From: Hormiphora californensis
Taxonomy: Eukaryota; Animalia; Ctenophora
Length of the DNA stretch: 64,000 bases
NCBI GenBank assembly: GCA_020137815.1
Contig: CM035356.1
Coordinates: 3,534,001-3,598,000 of the forward strand
Reading direction: 5' to 3'
Shown here: positions 11,806 through 27,403 of the stretch, one piece after another
Numbering within the stretch: position 1 is the first letter of the stretch
Layout: each line of letters starts with the position of its first letter
Program-made: the position numbers and the translations under genes
Notes under the pieces: model-generated
Seen by the model: the letters and a program-made list of their open reading frames with translations, nothing else
Told to the model about the DNA's origin: nothing
Databases searched by the model: none

Positions 11806-13641
11806 CCTCTGTCTCACACGGCAACACAATAACATGGCACCACTGCAATATATGTAACGGCAACCCCAGCAAAACTGATTACGAAGTCTGGACTACTCCG
11901 ATGAGTCACTAAAGGCTACCTCCCCCCTCCCTAAAAAATCGATCCGTCACAGATAGCCTCAACAACAGCCAAGTCGCAAAGCCCTGAGCATAACAGGTCG
12001 GATCTGAAACCAAACGGTATGCAACAGTACTGGAAACGGTAATCACAACTGCAAAGTCGCCAGCCACTAGAGATATGGTATTGGTACCCCTATTCTAGAT
12101 GGAACCCAATAACAAACAGTGCCACATGGGCCGACTCCTCTTCAAATGCAAATGCATGCGAACGACTCGGTGGACCGACCCCTCCCGTTATACCCAAACC
12201 ATAAGGTATTAGCCATAACAAGGCAATGCGGGAGTGAAAAAATAGTGAGACGCTCTAGTTATGGAGACGTCGCTATCGTTCGGCAACTACCTACACCTGG
12301 GACAACCCAGGAACGTAAGACTGACACGCTTGTGTTAGTGCATCCGCTGTCGTAGGTAGGATTTATGCAAGAACTTATTAAGTAGGATCGTCTGTCGGTC
12401 TGCATCTCTAAGGTCATCGCTGTCGGAGGGGACAACGGGGTAACCCGTTTGAACACTGAAGGCGGCTTTGACCTGGGGGTGTGGGTCGGCGCTCGGGTTG
12501 TCGGTGTGTGGGCGCCAAGGGGAGATCCTACGGAAATAAGGGCTAGCTGATCCCCAACGTCAGCAGTGTGGATGGAAGTACGGAGGTACATATACACACA
12601 CACACACTCTTGAATTACGTCACGCCGTAATTACAAGCGATAGTGAAACGTGCAAGCTTACTAAAAGCACACGCGTCTGTCGTTTCAATAGGACACGTAG
12701 CGTAGCGGTGTGTCGCATATTTCCACCCATCCCCCAGTCAGAACGCGCGTGGTGGGCTGCACAAGTTTCGTTCCGCGCGCTACGTAAATGTTAGTTGTGG
12801 AGTGTGCCGCGTTAATGGCACACAGAGTGTACCAAAAAACTCTCACGGCCAATTGTGACGCAGATGTGACGTAGCTCCGCTCCAGTCGTGACCCCCTCAA
12901 GATTCTCTCTTGTTTCTCACAGATCAATTACACCATTTAACTGGGAAATGAGAGAAGGGCTTGTTAGAACAAGCACCGGTTATTGTCCTCCCTTAGAATC
13001 TCGGACCCAGCTTTTTTGCAAACCTGAGTGCCACCCCAGGTGTGTTTGTATGGGACAGTCAAACAATGGGGGAGGACAATTAAATGGGATGAAAACACCT
13101 GACACCTCTGTTCTAACTCTCACACCTGTCTGCTTCGAGAGAGAGAGAAAGAAGTAGGAGAACCTGCCACGATGTTTGCCATCACCACATGGAAATTTGA
13201 GCCTGAAACAGCAACAGCTACGGAACTGCCACGTTTTTTCACGTGGTCTTTGTTGAGATCTGTCATTTTGTACCAAACTTTTTGAGAAACAGACCCAAAT
13301 TTTTGAGAAACCCTGTACAGATAGGATTGAGAACAAATGAAAAAGATCGGAATTTTTGGAACCAACAACGTAATGAAATAAATACATAAAAATGCAATAT
13401 ACAACACTCCTCTCTCTTTCATAGTGTAGTCCTCAAATAACGGGGGATCTTATCTTGCTCTACCCGAACTACCTAGGGGCATTTCCTATACACACACACA
13501 TAGATAACACACACAGTGGGGGGGAGGTAGGGCCAGCCAACATATAATAGGAGGGGTGTTGATAGGCTTCTTAATATTTGAGGATTGAGGGGGGTTGAAC
13601 TAAAAAACTCTCTGATTCACAAAGTCTCTTTCTCTCTCTCA

Positions 13642-16382
<2,741 letters not shown>

Positions 16383-17146
16383 GCCCTAGTTGTTGGTTCT
16401 AAGAACACAGAAAAACAATGGTTAGAGAGATACTGATAGGCAATAAGTAACTCAAAACTAAGGAACAGTTGAACAAAGCAGACGGAAGCAACTGGAAGCA
16501 CGGACATTCTGCAGCAACTTCCCTTCAGAGCTCGCGATAAATGTACAGCTGATGTAGGGGATGTGTAGCCATTCTATTGGTCCACAATTTTTTATCATCC
16601 AACGCGACTTTTAACTTTTTCAGGACGTTCAAGTAGCGGCGCGCAAAACAAAAACGCCGCGCATATTGCAAGAAGCGCGCGTTTTGAAATGCGAGTCCGA
16701 GCGAAAGTGCCATTTTGCGGAGGGTCGTTATGGCAATGAGAATTTATGAGATTTGCTTCTTCTGCAGAGGTGTCAGCCTACCCTAGGGCTGAAAAACGTG
16801 TTCTTTTGTGACTTCTTTGAAGTTAAATCTTTTTTCATGCATATTAACTTCCCGTTTTACACTTTCTACTTCTGATGTGCTTTAAAATTAGTATAAAATT
16901 TAAACCCAATAATGTGGTCAGTGGTAATGTGTAACTACCCACTGCAGTTTTCTCTCCGTGCTCATTTGCCGTTCTTTCTAGCTCGTTTGCTCTCTATTCT
17001 CTGCTGCATAATGTACTAGCTCGTTTGTAATTTGTTATCCAATCTCCGTTTCCATGACACTCGCCGGCGAATGAACCAAACAAACTGAATCTTGCCATGA
17101 TAATTCATGCCTTTGTTGTAGGTGATGAGGGGGTAGATGTGAAAAG

Positions 17147-20100
17147 ATGGGGACTAAAGTCGAGCTGCATCAGTTCATTGACCATGCAGTCGATATACAC
17201 GAAAGCAAGTCGACTGTAAACTATGTTTACTTGAACCGTGTGTTACACGAGTTAGTGAAACATCTGGGAATCAGTAATTTGCAGGTACAGTTAGATGACA
17301 ATTGAAGTTTTAAGTTTACGTAAACTACAATTCTTCATTATATCCTATTTTGATTCTGAAAAAGTTAATATCGAAGTTAGTTTGGCAGTTTGTATTGCTT
17401 CTTGTACCAATTCTCTTGCCCTGTTTGTTCCACATACCAAATCCAACTGTTATCTGATTGAAGCAATTGTACCATGATATGGACAACGGTATTAGTATTG
17501 GTATAGATCAATCAAAATCTTTTTAATTTTAGTTTTACACTGTTCCCGTTTAATCCTTCGATAACTTATAATTCACCCCATTTCAGATTTCTCTGGAGGG
17601 AGGTGACACATTTCCGCCTCCAAAACAGACCCTCTCCGTTCCCACAGTAGTGTCTGACACGGGTGAGTGTGTGTTTAACAAACCGGAGCATTTACATGTT
17701 AAAAGTAGTTGCACTTGTGAAGCATCGAGCTGGAGGCCCGCTTCATCGGAGATAGAGATGAGCGATATACAGAGATAGAAAGAGAAACAATCAAGATAGA
17801 TAGAGAGATAGAAAGAGTTTGTGTGGTGCAGCCGGCCCTCTGGCTGCTTTCTGCACCGTGTACTTCCAAACAAATGTTCCGCACAACAAGCACTCTCTCA
17901 TTCAGGATCACTTGACAAGGAAGGAGATGGAGATGCATGGAGATGATACTGCTGCAGGGTGATGCTACTGGAAATGAGATATCTCGAAATCTGAGCAGCG
18001 AAGCAGCAGTACCGACCTCTGAATCTCGGGCTAGCGTTCTCTCGGAAAAGGACTCAAAAATGATATCGGATTTACAGGATAAAGTGTCGGAGATGGAAAA
18101 GAAAATGAGCTTTGTTGAGGATCTTGTCCCTGATGAGAAAAAGGTTTGGGATACAGTTTTCTGTAAATTAAATTCTCGTGCCACCGGATATTCAAATACT
18201 TGACATTAATAATTCATCCAGATCGCTCACACGGAATCGATGATTGGTGATATGTGGAACTTTACGAACCTTGGAAAACGCGTGGACGGCTGTGAGGATA
18301 CTCTTGCTGAGGTACAGTTAATTAGTTCACTAGTTGTTGTCTCTGTGGTCTGCGGTGTGGTTGTGGTTTTACTAAACGGGGAGGTTCCCTTCCTTTTGTA
18401 CAGACGTGTGGCGTTGTTAGGAAGGGATGAAATTACACAGGCTTTAATTAAACGGTTGCTATGCAATACTGATATAGGATATTATGTGTATCATATTGTT
18501 TTGTGACGCATATTATGTGTATCTGGTAGCCGTAGTAACGAATCATTCTTTCTCAGCACGCCAAGTTATTGGATGGAATGCGAAAGGAAATAAAGGACCT
18601 GAACTCATACAAATTCTACCTGGATATGTTAAAGGATAATTCACCTAACGACCTCCGATCCATGATCAATGGCATTGTCAGTGATATGGGAGAGGTGAGA
18701 CAATTTGTCATGTTTTGGGTCATGTTCTACTTTGTCCTTCTTTTAGGTATCAAACTTGCTGTTATGTTATGCCTCCGGTATATTATCACACCTTTTTTTT
18801 CAGAAAACGAAACAGATCAAGCAACTACAGGACAAGATTACGAAAATGGAAGGCTCTAAACCGGGTAACTTTGTCAGTTTGTCACATATTATATAATTGT
18901 CATGTTGGTTAGTTTGTCACATATTGTCATTTGAATTGTCGGTTAGTTTGTCACTTTACAATCTGCAAGTGTATACTTACACCTGATCTCATGGCAGAGG
19001 CCAGTGTGATAGTGTAGGACAAGGCTTTTTTAAATTCAGTATTTTACTTGTTACTTCTCTCGCTCAAATCTAAAACCGCATGCATTAAAACTTAACCTCT
19101 CTAAAGATTCTCCCTCTCTCTCACTTAGAAATGATCTCTCTCTCCGTCCGAGATTCCGAGAAGACAATAGACAAGATTTATGATTCTCTATGACAACTAA
19201 AGTCCGATATATATTACTCTCTTTGTGTCTTTCTCGCCAGTACTTCTTCTATCTCTCTCTGCCTCTATCTCTCTCTCTGCTCACTCTCTCTCTCTCTATC
19301 TCTATCTCTCTATCTCTCCCTCTCTCTCTCCCTCACTTTACACCCTGATCTCTTTGTCAGATGAGGCCCTTGCTCAAGAGCTGGCTAAGAAGGTTGAAAG
19401 TTTGATGAAACTGAAAGAGGAAATTGACGCGAAAATCAACACCCTCCCAACGAAATCGGATATCGAAAACATTCAGGAAAATTATGTTTCTTGGATTGGA
19501 CTGGATGAAATATTGAGAAATTACAAGCCCCCACGGACCCCAGTACCTCCCTCTCGCGAGGGTATTGCTGCTCTCCAGAAGGCTGACGAATTGGACCAGA
19601 AAACGGATGATTTAGGAAGCAAACTAACCGGACTTCAACAGGAGGTTTGTTGTGTTCACAATGTCCATAGTGTTCATGTACTGGCTGTTTGTTGTTGTTC
19701 ATACTTCATGTTGTTCATACTTCATATTTTTCATGTTATTCATACTGTTCATACGCACTGGTCGTATGCTACAGAAGTTAGGGCACTCGTTTAGGAAGTT
19801 CCGAAGTCTGTCCGTTGTAGAGACATGATAATTGAGATGAGACTTCTGCAGAAGCGAGAGAGAAAAGAGAATAGAGAAAGAGGGGAGTATTTTCTCATTG
19901 TTTAGACCTCAAACCACTCATGTTGCGATATATATGCAATTTCTTATCCGCAACATGCAAACGACAACAGCTATTATACGCTGTCTTTCTATCTCTTTTT
20001 CTATCTCTTTTTCTATCTCTACCTATCTCTCGCTCCCTCTCAGTTTCCTTTTCTCAGGTGATTAAGAAAATGGACGCGGACATTGTGGATGCAAAGATTG

Positions 20101-22917
20101 AGGAAGCCTTTAAGCAGAAGCGACCCCCATCCTCTCGAACTGAGTTAGCGCGACAACATTTTGCTGAAACCCTCCAAGATCTACAGGATAGGCTCAACAA
20201 ACTTGAAGGTAGGAGCCTTATTGGTAAACCAGTGTCTATTGATGTAGTTGTTATTCCCTGCCCGGGCCCGGGCGTGTTTTATTAGTTTTCCACTAAAAGG
20301 GCCAGAAACATAGTATTAGCTTGTTTTTACACGGTTGGTTTTAGTTTATTTTGTTGACGTTCACGTGACTGAGCATCATAATTGGAAAATCGTGAAGCAG
20401 CAGGGTGAGTGCTATAACTGTTGTGAATTTAGCTACATCGCTGCTACATGGTGTTGCTACCCGGCTATAATGGCCACTTAGGTTAGGTTAGCAGATACAT
20501 TTAAAACCTATACCCGTCTCTCATTCCCTCTCCCTCCATCATTCCTCAGTCTCTCTCCTTCTCTCATTCTCCCTCCCTCTACATGATCTATGAATTATAA
20601 TGACCTCTGCTAATGCTGTTGTTTGTTACTACTGTTGCCCGGTGAGAGAGGCCAACATTACGATTATGACATGATTCATAACAGAGTAATATATTTGTAA
20701 GGGACCATTCACTGAGACTATTTGTGTATCAGTAGGAACTGTGTGAGTGATGGAGAGATCAATAGAAAGAGAGAATGAGAATGAGTAAAGGAGTAAGAAA
20801 AAGAGGAGAGGAGGAGTGATGGAGAGACAAGGAGAGAAAGAATTGGATTGAGCGACTTGGAATGATCTGCATGCGATGAGGCAATTCGTGCAATCTCACG
20901 AGCCATTGAGTTAGGATGCACACCACTTAGTGCACAAATATAACACGTCCCCCCCCTCCTACACTGAACAAGTCCATATATGTGAGAGAATCATGAACTT
21001 TGTCGCATGTTCTTTTATGTTTTATGTGAGAGATAGAAAGTGACAGGGACGGACCATGGTCACACAGACCACACTTTCACCCACACTTTCCCCTTCCTTC
21101 CCGCAGATTCCGAGTCACAATCACAGTTGATCATCATTGAGCAGCCAATAGACGATAACACCAACCTGACACCCATTCACTTTGGATCGACATCTGATCT
21201 TCAACAGTTCCTAACACGCACTGATAGCGACCATGCATCACCAATTCGAATACAAAGCATTGCTTCCAATCACAAAGCACCGTCACCTACTACCACCTCT
21301 CACTCACCTGCCCCCTCGTCTTCCAATCACCCACCCACTGTGTCACCCATCACCACTGCTGTGACACCTATCACCACCGCTGTGTCACCTATCACCACCG
21401 CTGTGTCACCCATCACCACTGTGTCACCTATCACCACCGCGTCACCTTCATCACCTCCCGACATCACCTCACGACACTCCCTCTCCTCACCTCACCCCAT
21501 CATCCCGCCAATCGAATCGAGGCAGGAAATTTTTAAAGCTTTAAACCCTGGAAAAAGGTCCTCCGTGACTGTCATTGAAAAGTTGAAAGACAATAAAGCG
21601 ATTTTACGAAAATCAAGAGACAATCTTGCCCGAGGTAAAAACTGACAAACACTTGACACCCTCAATTACCTTTAATAAACGGAGTAGGAATTGTAGGTAT
21701 GTGTCCGTCTGTGTGTCCGTCTCTGTCGTGTGTTCTGATTCAGTTTGAAGCATTACAGTGTGTCCCCCAACCACTGAAATGCAAGGGGGCGAGAGGTAGA
21801 AAAGACTAGAGGGAACGAGATACAGAGGACACTCGAAGTGTAAATGAGTTACTAGCACCCCCTAAATCAAATCTCTCAGACTTACTGGTGCAGCTGAGCA
21901 GTGTAATATGGGAGGAAGAGAGCATGTCACCGTCACCCCTTAGAATCTTAGATCAGAGAAATAGTTCAGTGAACAACACATTCAGTCATTGTAGGGAGCT
22001 ATCAGACACTTATTTTATCAGGCTGCTATAAGATATATTTTAACATCTTAAAATCTAAAATCTCTCCTTTTCAGAGGAATTCGGTGGAAAGGCCCTGCCT
22101 GATGACCTCAAAGCACAGCTGGCTAAACTAATGGCTGGAATGGAAGAGGCTCTAAAATCCGCTGAGCTGGTAAAATCAATTGGGGATGGATTTTATATTG
22201 ATGTGACTGCAGATTAGAGATATTTTATCAGAGGATTTACTGTTCCCAGATTGTTTAAAACCCTCTCTTTAGATTGGTGCAATCAGCCAAGAGAATGAGA
22301 CGAATAAGGCAGCCATCGCAGAGATCAATGGTCAAATGGAGGATCTATTGGATCGATACAAGATCCTCCAAGATCAATTGGAGAATGCCGGCACTGGAAC
22401 TGCGGTAATTAACAACTGTTGGTCTTTCTGTATCTTGTTTCGAGAGATTTCATGGTAGCATTTCTCACTCTACTGCGTTGTATAGTGCTGCTTTGCAGTT
22501 GGATTGATGCGATTTAACCATCTGGCAGCTGTAGTAGCGGACTAGACCCCTCCATTTTACACGCACTTACAGAAATTGGCCCTTCTTTCACTATCACTCT
22601 CAGTCTATCTCTCCATCTCAATCCAGCTCTAATCTCTGGTACAATATGCTGCATGACTGCAGCTGCAGCTTCGGTCTTGTGGGATATATCCCCCTCAGCT
22701 AATACAATATATACCACGGTCCCACGGAGCTGTTGTTGGGACCCCCTCTATCTCTCTCTCTCTCTCTCTCTACTCTCTCGCCTCATCTCTCTCTCTCTCA
22801 AATCTCTCTCTCTCCTCTCTCACTCTCTCTCTCTCTCTTCGGTCATCTCTCTCTCTGTCCTCTCTCTGTCCCTCTCTCTCTCTCTCTCTTCTTCATCTTC
22901 TCTCTCTCAGTTCATCT

Positions 22918-22954
<37 letters not shown>

Positions 22955-25573
22955 CTATCTTTCTCTCTCTATCTATCTATCTCTCTATCTCTCTCTCTCT
23001 CTCCGAGCTACTGAAAGGAGTGAGATGATGGAGAGAGAAACAGCTGCTGCTCCACTCACGGAGCAGGGCACGGCCACACGGAGAGTAAGAAATGACTTGA
23101 TGTAGCGCGCGGTACACTTTCAGTGGGCCACAATGCGCGCTTACACTCAAACGACCAAACCAACTCACAGACAAATTGCCCCGCAGGAAGTTGATCCAGC
23201 GGCCCTCCAAGCCCTCCGAGATTCCATCCAATCGATGAAGGATGAACAACAGGAGCACCACAACGAGCTAAACAGACTGAGTGATGATGCCAATCAGAAA
23301 GATCTGCATCTCAAGACTCTGTACTCGGGTGTTGATGATCTCCGGGAGGGTAAGGCGGACAAGGACTTCGTTGCCTTGGAGATGGAAGACAAGGCTGATA
23401 AGAGGTCTGTGGATCACAAGGCGAACAGAGTGTTTGTTGACAACCACTTTGATAAGTTGAACAGTGGTTTGGAGGCCGCCCTGAAGAGATGTGAAGGCCA
23501 GGAACAAGCCCTGAAGAACGCCATCAACCAGATCTCACAAGATGTTGACGGCAAACTGGATAGGATGGAGCTTCAGAATGTTAAGGACTTCTTGGGTAAG
23601 AAGGGGGTTATGGGGTGGGAGAGAAGGGGCACGGTTTGGTTAAGAACGGGGCAGGGTTTGGGAGATGAGGGGCAGGGTTTGGGAGAGAAGGAGGCAGGGT
23701 TTGGGAGAGAGAAGAGAATGTTTTATAGAGTAAAGAGTTGAAACCGAACTACAGCCCTTTCACTTAACCTCCTAACCCCAACTTCCCCCCACTTTTCAGA
23801 GAGTAGGTTGTCCAAATTGAAGGGCGGGCCTCCTCCCCCTCCACCCGCCACAGAAGATCCAGATGCTGCTGGCATGAGAAGGTATGCTGGAAGTTTTAGA
23901 CTCCGTTTCATCCCATTTTGATTTGACTGTGAGCCACACAAATTTTAACTAACCTACTTTAGCAATGATAGGTATAATATTGTTGGGTCTAACTCACCCT
24001 CTACCCCCAGGCGGTTACTGAAGTTCCACTGTATCTCGTGTGATCGGCCAGTTGAGGTGAATGCAGGTGGAATGATTCCATCTTCTCTACCGGTTACCTA
24101 CGGTTTCCCTGGGATGAGGAGTAACCGACCTTATACCACCTACGAGTTGGAATTGATCCGACAACACCAGAGAAAGTGAGTAGCACAACTCCGGGGTTTG
24201 TGGGTGCCGGGAAGTTTGTCAGGGTACTATTTCGGGGTTTTGTGGGTGATTTTAGCATGATTTAATTAATTGATTAGGGAATTATCGGGGATTTTCTTTG
24301 GGCCAGGGCAGAGGAGATTTCATGAAACTGCGCTGTATAACCTAAATTATTTTCACAGTCAAAATATTCCTCGGTATCCATGGAGGTCAGTGTTGTGTTC
24401 TGAAAACCACATTGTTGGTGGTTTTCCGTGTCTTATACCATCCAGGCCCCTTTATTAATGTTTTCATGTAGCACTGTTTAACCTCTTCATATGTGTGTGA
24501 CCCAAATGAATATATATTGGGACTGGCTGTTGCCTCTGTGTGTTCTTGCTGTAAGCTGCTGAAAACTCTTGGGGCTAAATGTGGTGTAGAACTTATAGTA
24601 GAATCTAGAGACTAGAACTCTCTTTCAATACCCCCTCCTTCTTGCCCCGTACTTATGTCAGTCTTCTCCACGCCTAAAAACAGTGACCCGTACGATATGC
24701 CACCTACGAGTAGAAGCTGCGGTGGACAGCATACAATGACGTACTCCCATCGACGTACTCGAATTAGCGCCCTCAGGTACGTACATAGTTTAGTCGCCTG
24801 ACACTGTTATAACTACTGGTATATTTGGGGCTATTTTATTCTGACTCAGAAGTTGAAGAAGTGTAATTATGTGTAATTATGTTTCAGTCAATTCTTCAAG
24901 GAGGATGAGGTAGTTCCAATGCCAATCCCGCTAAGGTACTAACACCCACACACCACTAACACCCCCACCCTCACTAGGTATCGAGGGAAGAAGCCCGTCT
25001 TCATATCACCTCATAAAAACAACGCCAACACTGTCACCACAACGACACCCATCAAACCACGGAAAAAAGATCACGCCACTGTTCATCTTAACAATATTGG
25101 CCACCGATAGCGATATGCCCATCAGAGAGTGTTGTCAAGCGAGATTAAGTGATAGACTCCAGGCGAATCGGGCTATCAGATCACGAACTGAAATGTAGCT
25201 GTCTGGGAATACAGCATTGAACAATTATATGTGGCCCGATTTTATACCATTTTTTACCTTCACCTCACAAAATCTACCACATTTTCATTGTCCAGTTTCA
25301 CAAACAATCCTGGAAACTCTTGGAATGACACCCCGCCCCCCTTTCAGAGAAACAGAGATCCAGGGACAAGATGGCCACATCTACCGAGGTCGAATGGACA
25401 AACGGTTCCCTGTGTTGCCCCGCGTGGGTGCCTCTGTAAGTAAATACCAGGACACGTACGATATACGCTCCAGTCTCCCCACTGAACGTTTCTCCGACCC
25501 GGCCTTTTCTCGGAATCTTGAAAAGCTTTACCCTCCCATGACATCTCTTGAAAAGCCCGTCTGGAAGTTTTAG
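17147..25573 (+). CDS. QRICH2/C16orf96-like (DUF4795) coiled-coil protein, many exons; alternative 3' end possible near 25961
   Basis: N-terminus MGTKVELHQFIDHAV..TVNYVYLNRVLHELVKHL; KADK repeats; LLKFHCISCDRPVEV; RPYTTYELELIRQHQR; RSCGGQHTMTY; EIQGQDGHIYRGRMD, which resemble QRICH2/DUF4795 motifs. Confidence 0.82.
22745..23003. repeat. (CT)n microsatellite-rich tract
   Basis: Direct inspection; similar tracts near 19240, 30700, 45300, 47410, 54000 and 55355. Confidence 0.9.
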
Positions 25574-27403
25574 CATAATTTAGCACAAATGTTTATTCGG
25601 GCATCTTGGGCCTGCGGGCCATTTGGAAAGTGGTCCAGCATTGTTTAGTAGAGCTTGTAGTAGTGGTTATCCAAGCATGTCTCTGTTCCTCTCTCCCAGT
25701 GTGTGAGTGTGCATGAATCTTTCTAATATACATATGATGCATGCACCCCCGCTCTTTTTCCCCAATCCGGAATCCCCCAGATTTCCTCTCCCAGTCTGTC
25801 AGAGCATTGGCCTGACCCTATTCTCAGAACTGTGGTCAGAGCATTGGCCTGACAGCTCCCAGTCCCACCTTCTGAGTACCTACCTCCAAACCAACCCCTC
25901 TACTATTACTCAGGAGAAACTGCCCCGAATCATATCACCCAGGCGGAAATCGGTCCTTTAGATTCGCACGGAAAATTGGCTATGGGTAATTGATGATTTC
26001 ATGTCTCTCTAAACCTCTTTTTCTCTATGCATCATAAAAGTCCTGATCTCAATCTCGACGAAACACTCTTCTACTTCTAGAACATGTTTTCCCTCATAAA
26101 AAGTTACAGAAGCTCTCTGTTTGCCCTCTTGCAAGATCCATTCTTTGAAGGATGACCCCCCTTTTTCATATAAATTTCATATCAGTGTGATGTTCTTGGA
26201 GTTTTGAACCAAATATAGCATCCTTCTTTGTTGAATAACACAAAAAGTGCATCCTTTTCCCTCGATAAATACATGTAGCAAGTACAATTGGAGTTGTCTT
26301 CGTTTTACAGTCTCAGTCTAATGTCCATGTCCAGAAGTTTCAATAGGAATCGTTGTGTAAATAGGTTCATGTAATCAGTGTTCGTACTACTAAATTGTGT
26401 CGTGCAGCCCAAATTTCTCTACCCTGTCCTCCTCCCGACCCCTATTACACCCCACATTACAGGCTGGTCCCGGGGCACGAGGATCGAGACCCCGAACCGC
26501 ACCCCGCTTGAGACCTGAACGAGCATGGTGATCTATCTCTGTCTATTGCATGAACACAAACCTTTCTCTGTGTGCAGAGTTGCGAACTTTTAGATTTGAA
26601 AGTTTTATAGTGCCTTGTAAATGATATGTACAGAGAGCTATGTATTAAGTGAGAATGTGTACATAATATATGTGAGAGTAGGAGACAAATTGCAGTAATG
26701 TATAATAGCTGTTTATTTATGAAAACCGCAAATAACGTTCTTTATATTTTAATCAGACTGCCAGACCGGAAGTTAAAATTTATCGGTTGCACTGGAAGCC
26801 GTTGTTTCTCCTTAAACCAAGGCCGTGTATAATTATATGGAATACGGATACTGGTACCACCTGTCAGGCCAATGGTCTGACATAACAGGGTACCACGGTA
26901 CATTTCGTTGTATACTGTGTTCATATTGCCAGACGCGGTCCAGTTCTGTCGAACTGAGGAACAAATATAATAAACAGTAAGCACCATGCTGCCATGCTTG
27001 CACCGTATAGTGCAGTACACGGCCCGTACACCGACAATTCGGTTCCCAATTCCAATTCACTTTCTAAATTGGTACAAAGTTGTTATCACTTCTGGTCTGC
27101 TATGCACCATAATATTTATGGAAACAAAAACGAACATCACGAAGGGCTTCTTTTCGGTTAAAATTAGAAATGAGAAAAAGTGTCAATAATATTTATTCCG
27201 GTGATGATTTAAATTATAAAAACGCACAAAAATCCTCGCAATATAAAAGCTAAAGCTAAAGATAAAGAAAACTGTCCTAGTTTCCACCTAAAAACGCCCA
27301 GAGTGTTCCTTATTCCGCACAAATCGGTTGCACCTACTGCAGCCAGACTTCATAGTTGTAGGGCATACATCCCTCGACAACCACACTTGACCACTATAGT
27401 GCA

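Noticed and set aside
11870-12900. Possible gene or retroelement remnant
   Set aside because: No recognisable protein motif, LTR or TIR.
16562-16582. ERSE upstream of BiP
   Set aside because: The minus strand reads CCAAT-N9-ACACA, not CCAAT-N9-CCACG; only a CCAAT box is supportable.
22653-23105. Leu/Ser-rich or Glu/Arg-rich ORFs (also near 30548, 47198, 55252, 55299)
   Set aside because: Translations of (CT)n/(GA)n microsatellites.
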